Origin: Octopus bimaculoides
Taxonomy: Eukaryota
Assembly: GCF_001194135.2 (NCBI RefSeq)
Contig: NC_068981.1
Location: forward strand, 180,905,775-180,941,909
Length of the DNA stretch: 36,135 nucleotides
Direction: 5' to 3'
Positions 35,435 to 36,135 of the stretch are shown piece by piece. Positions within the stretch are counted from its first letter, which is position 1; each line of letters begins with the position of its first letter. Both the position numbers and the translations under genes were made by a program. Under the pieces are notes generated by a model, which was not told the origin of the DNA, ran no database searches, and saw only the letters and a program-made list of their open reading frames with translations.

Positions 35435-36048
35435 TACTGCTGTTACCAGGCGTGGACTGAGCCATTGGTCACTGCCCGAGACCAAGGAGCTCCGAGGGGC
35501 CTGCACTCAACAACACCATGATGCAATTCACTCTGCCACAAATTTGTAAACAACATGTTGTACTGCTTGGCATTTGCACCAGAAGCTCCAATATGAACAT
35601 TTCAGAGTGTTTGGGTGTCAATCTAAGGACAGTGCAATCTGAGGACATGTAACCAAGAGTGATAAAAATCAAACATCCAATCAACATCGTGGTATTTGGA
35701 GTGATCACTAGTGATGGCAACGTTATACCTCCATTCATCTTCCCACATGGCCTCAGACTCAACATGGAGGCCTACATCAAGTGCCTGGAGAAGGTAGTGC
35801 TACCCTGGGTCAAGAGGGTGGCCGCTGAAAGACCCTATGTCTGGCAAGAGGACTCAGCACCATACCACACAGGCAGGAGAAGCCAGGTATGACTATCAGA
35901 CAATTTCTGGGACCGCATCACCCCTAACTCCCCACACTGCAACCCCCTTGATTATTATGTGTGGGGCACAGTTGAGCAAGAAACCAATAAAACTCCTTGT
36001 AACACCAAAGATGAACTGAAGGCAAGGATTATGGCAGCATTCACCAAC
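35435..36048 (+). mobile_element. Tc1/mariner maT-like (DD37D-type) transposase remnant, internally deleted
   Basis: N-terminus MMQFTLPQICKQHVVLLG...ISECLGVNLRTVQ (from 35518), then KHPINIVVFGVITSDG...YVWQEDSAPYHTGRRSQV*LSDNFWDRITPNSPHCNPLDYYVWG...ELKARIMAAFTN. The D-to-D spacing is 32 aa and the expected WPP motif is missing. Confidence 0.88.
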
Positions 36049-36135
36049 TGTAGAAAATGTGGAACAGAAAATATATATAAAGGGGAACAACTTTGATGGA
36101 CTTTGTGATTTTAATAACATTAATATTCTTTGTTT

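Overview
Repeat-dense, AT-rich animal genomic DNA. The SINE/LINE repertoire and the (TA)n/(CA)n/(TACA)n microsatellite load look like an Octopus-type cephalopod draft assembly; this is an inference from repeat pattern recognition, not a database hit. About 5 kb (~14%) is N-gap, and most long ORFs in the supplied track are gap or microsatellite artefacts. I cannot identify any complete protein-coding gene. Supported content: several tRNA-derived SINE families; many 5'-truncated RTE-clade LINE 3' ends; single CR1 and L1/Tx1 ORF2 C-terminal remnants; an internally deleted DD37D-type (maT) Tc1/mariner transposase; at least five MITEs; and two Penelope-like pLTR relics with hammerhead-ribozyme cores. 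The most striking structures are: a 423-bp near-perfect palindrome (21391-21813) carrying a hammerhead-like core on each strand; a minimal hammerhead at ~14960-15000; a 112-bp MITE whose core is telomere-like TTAGGG repeats; and a tRNA-like cassette between 12-bp direct repeats. A CpG-retaining, promoter-like zone (~15-19.7 kb) and a few low-confidence candidate micro-exons suggest the window lies within or between long-intron genes.
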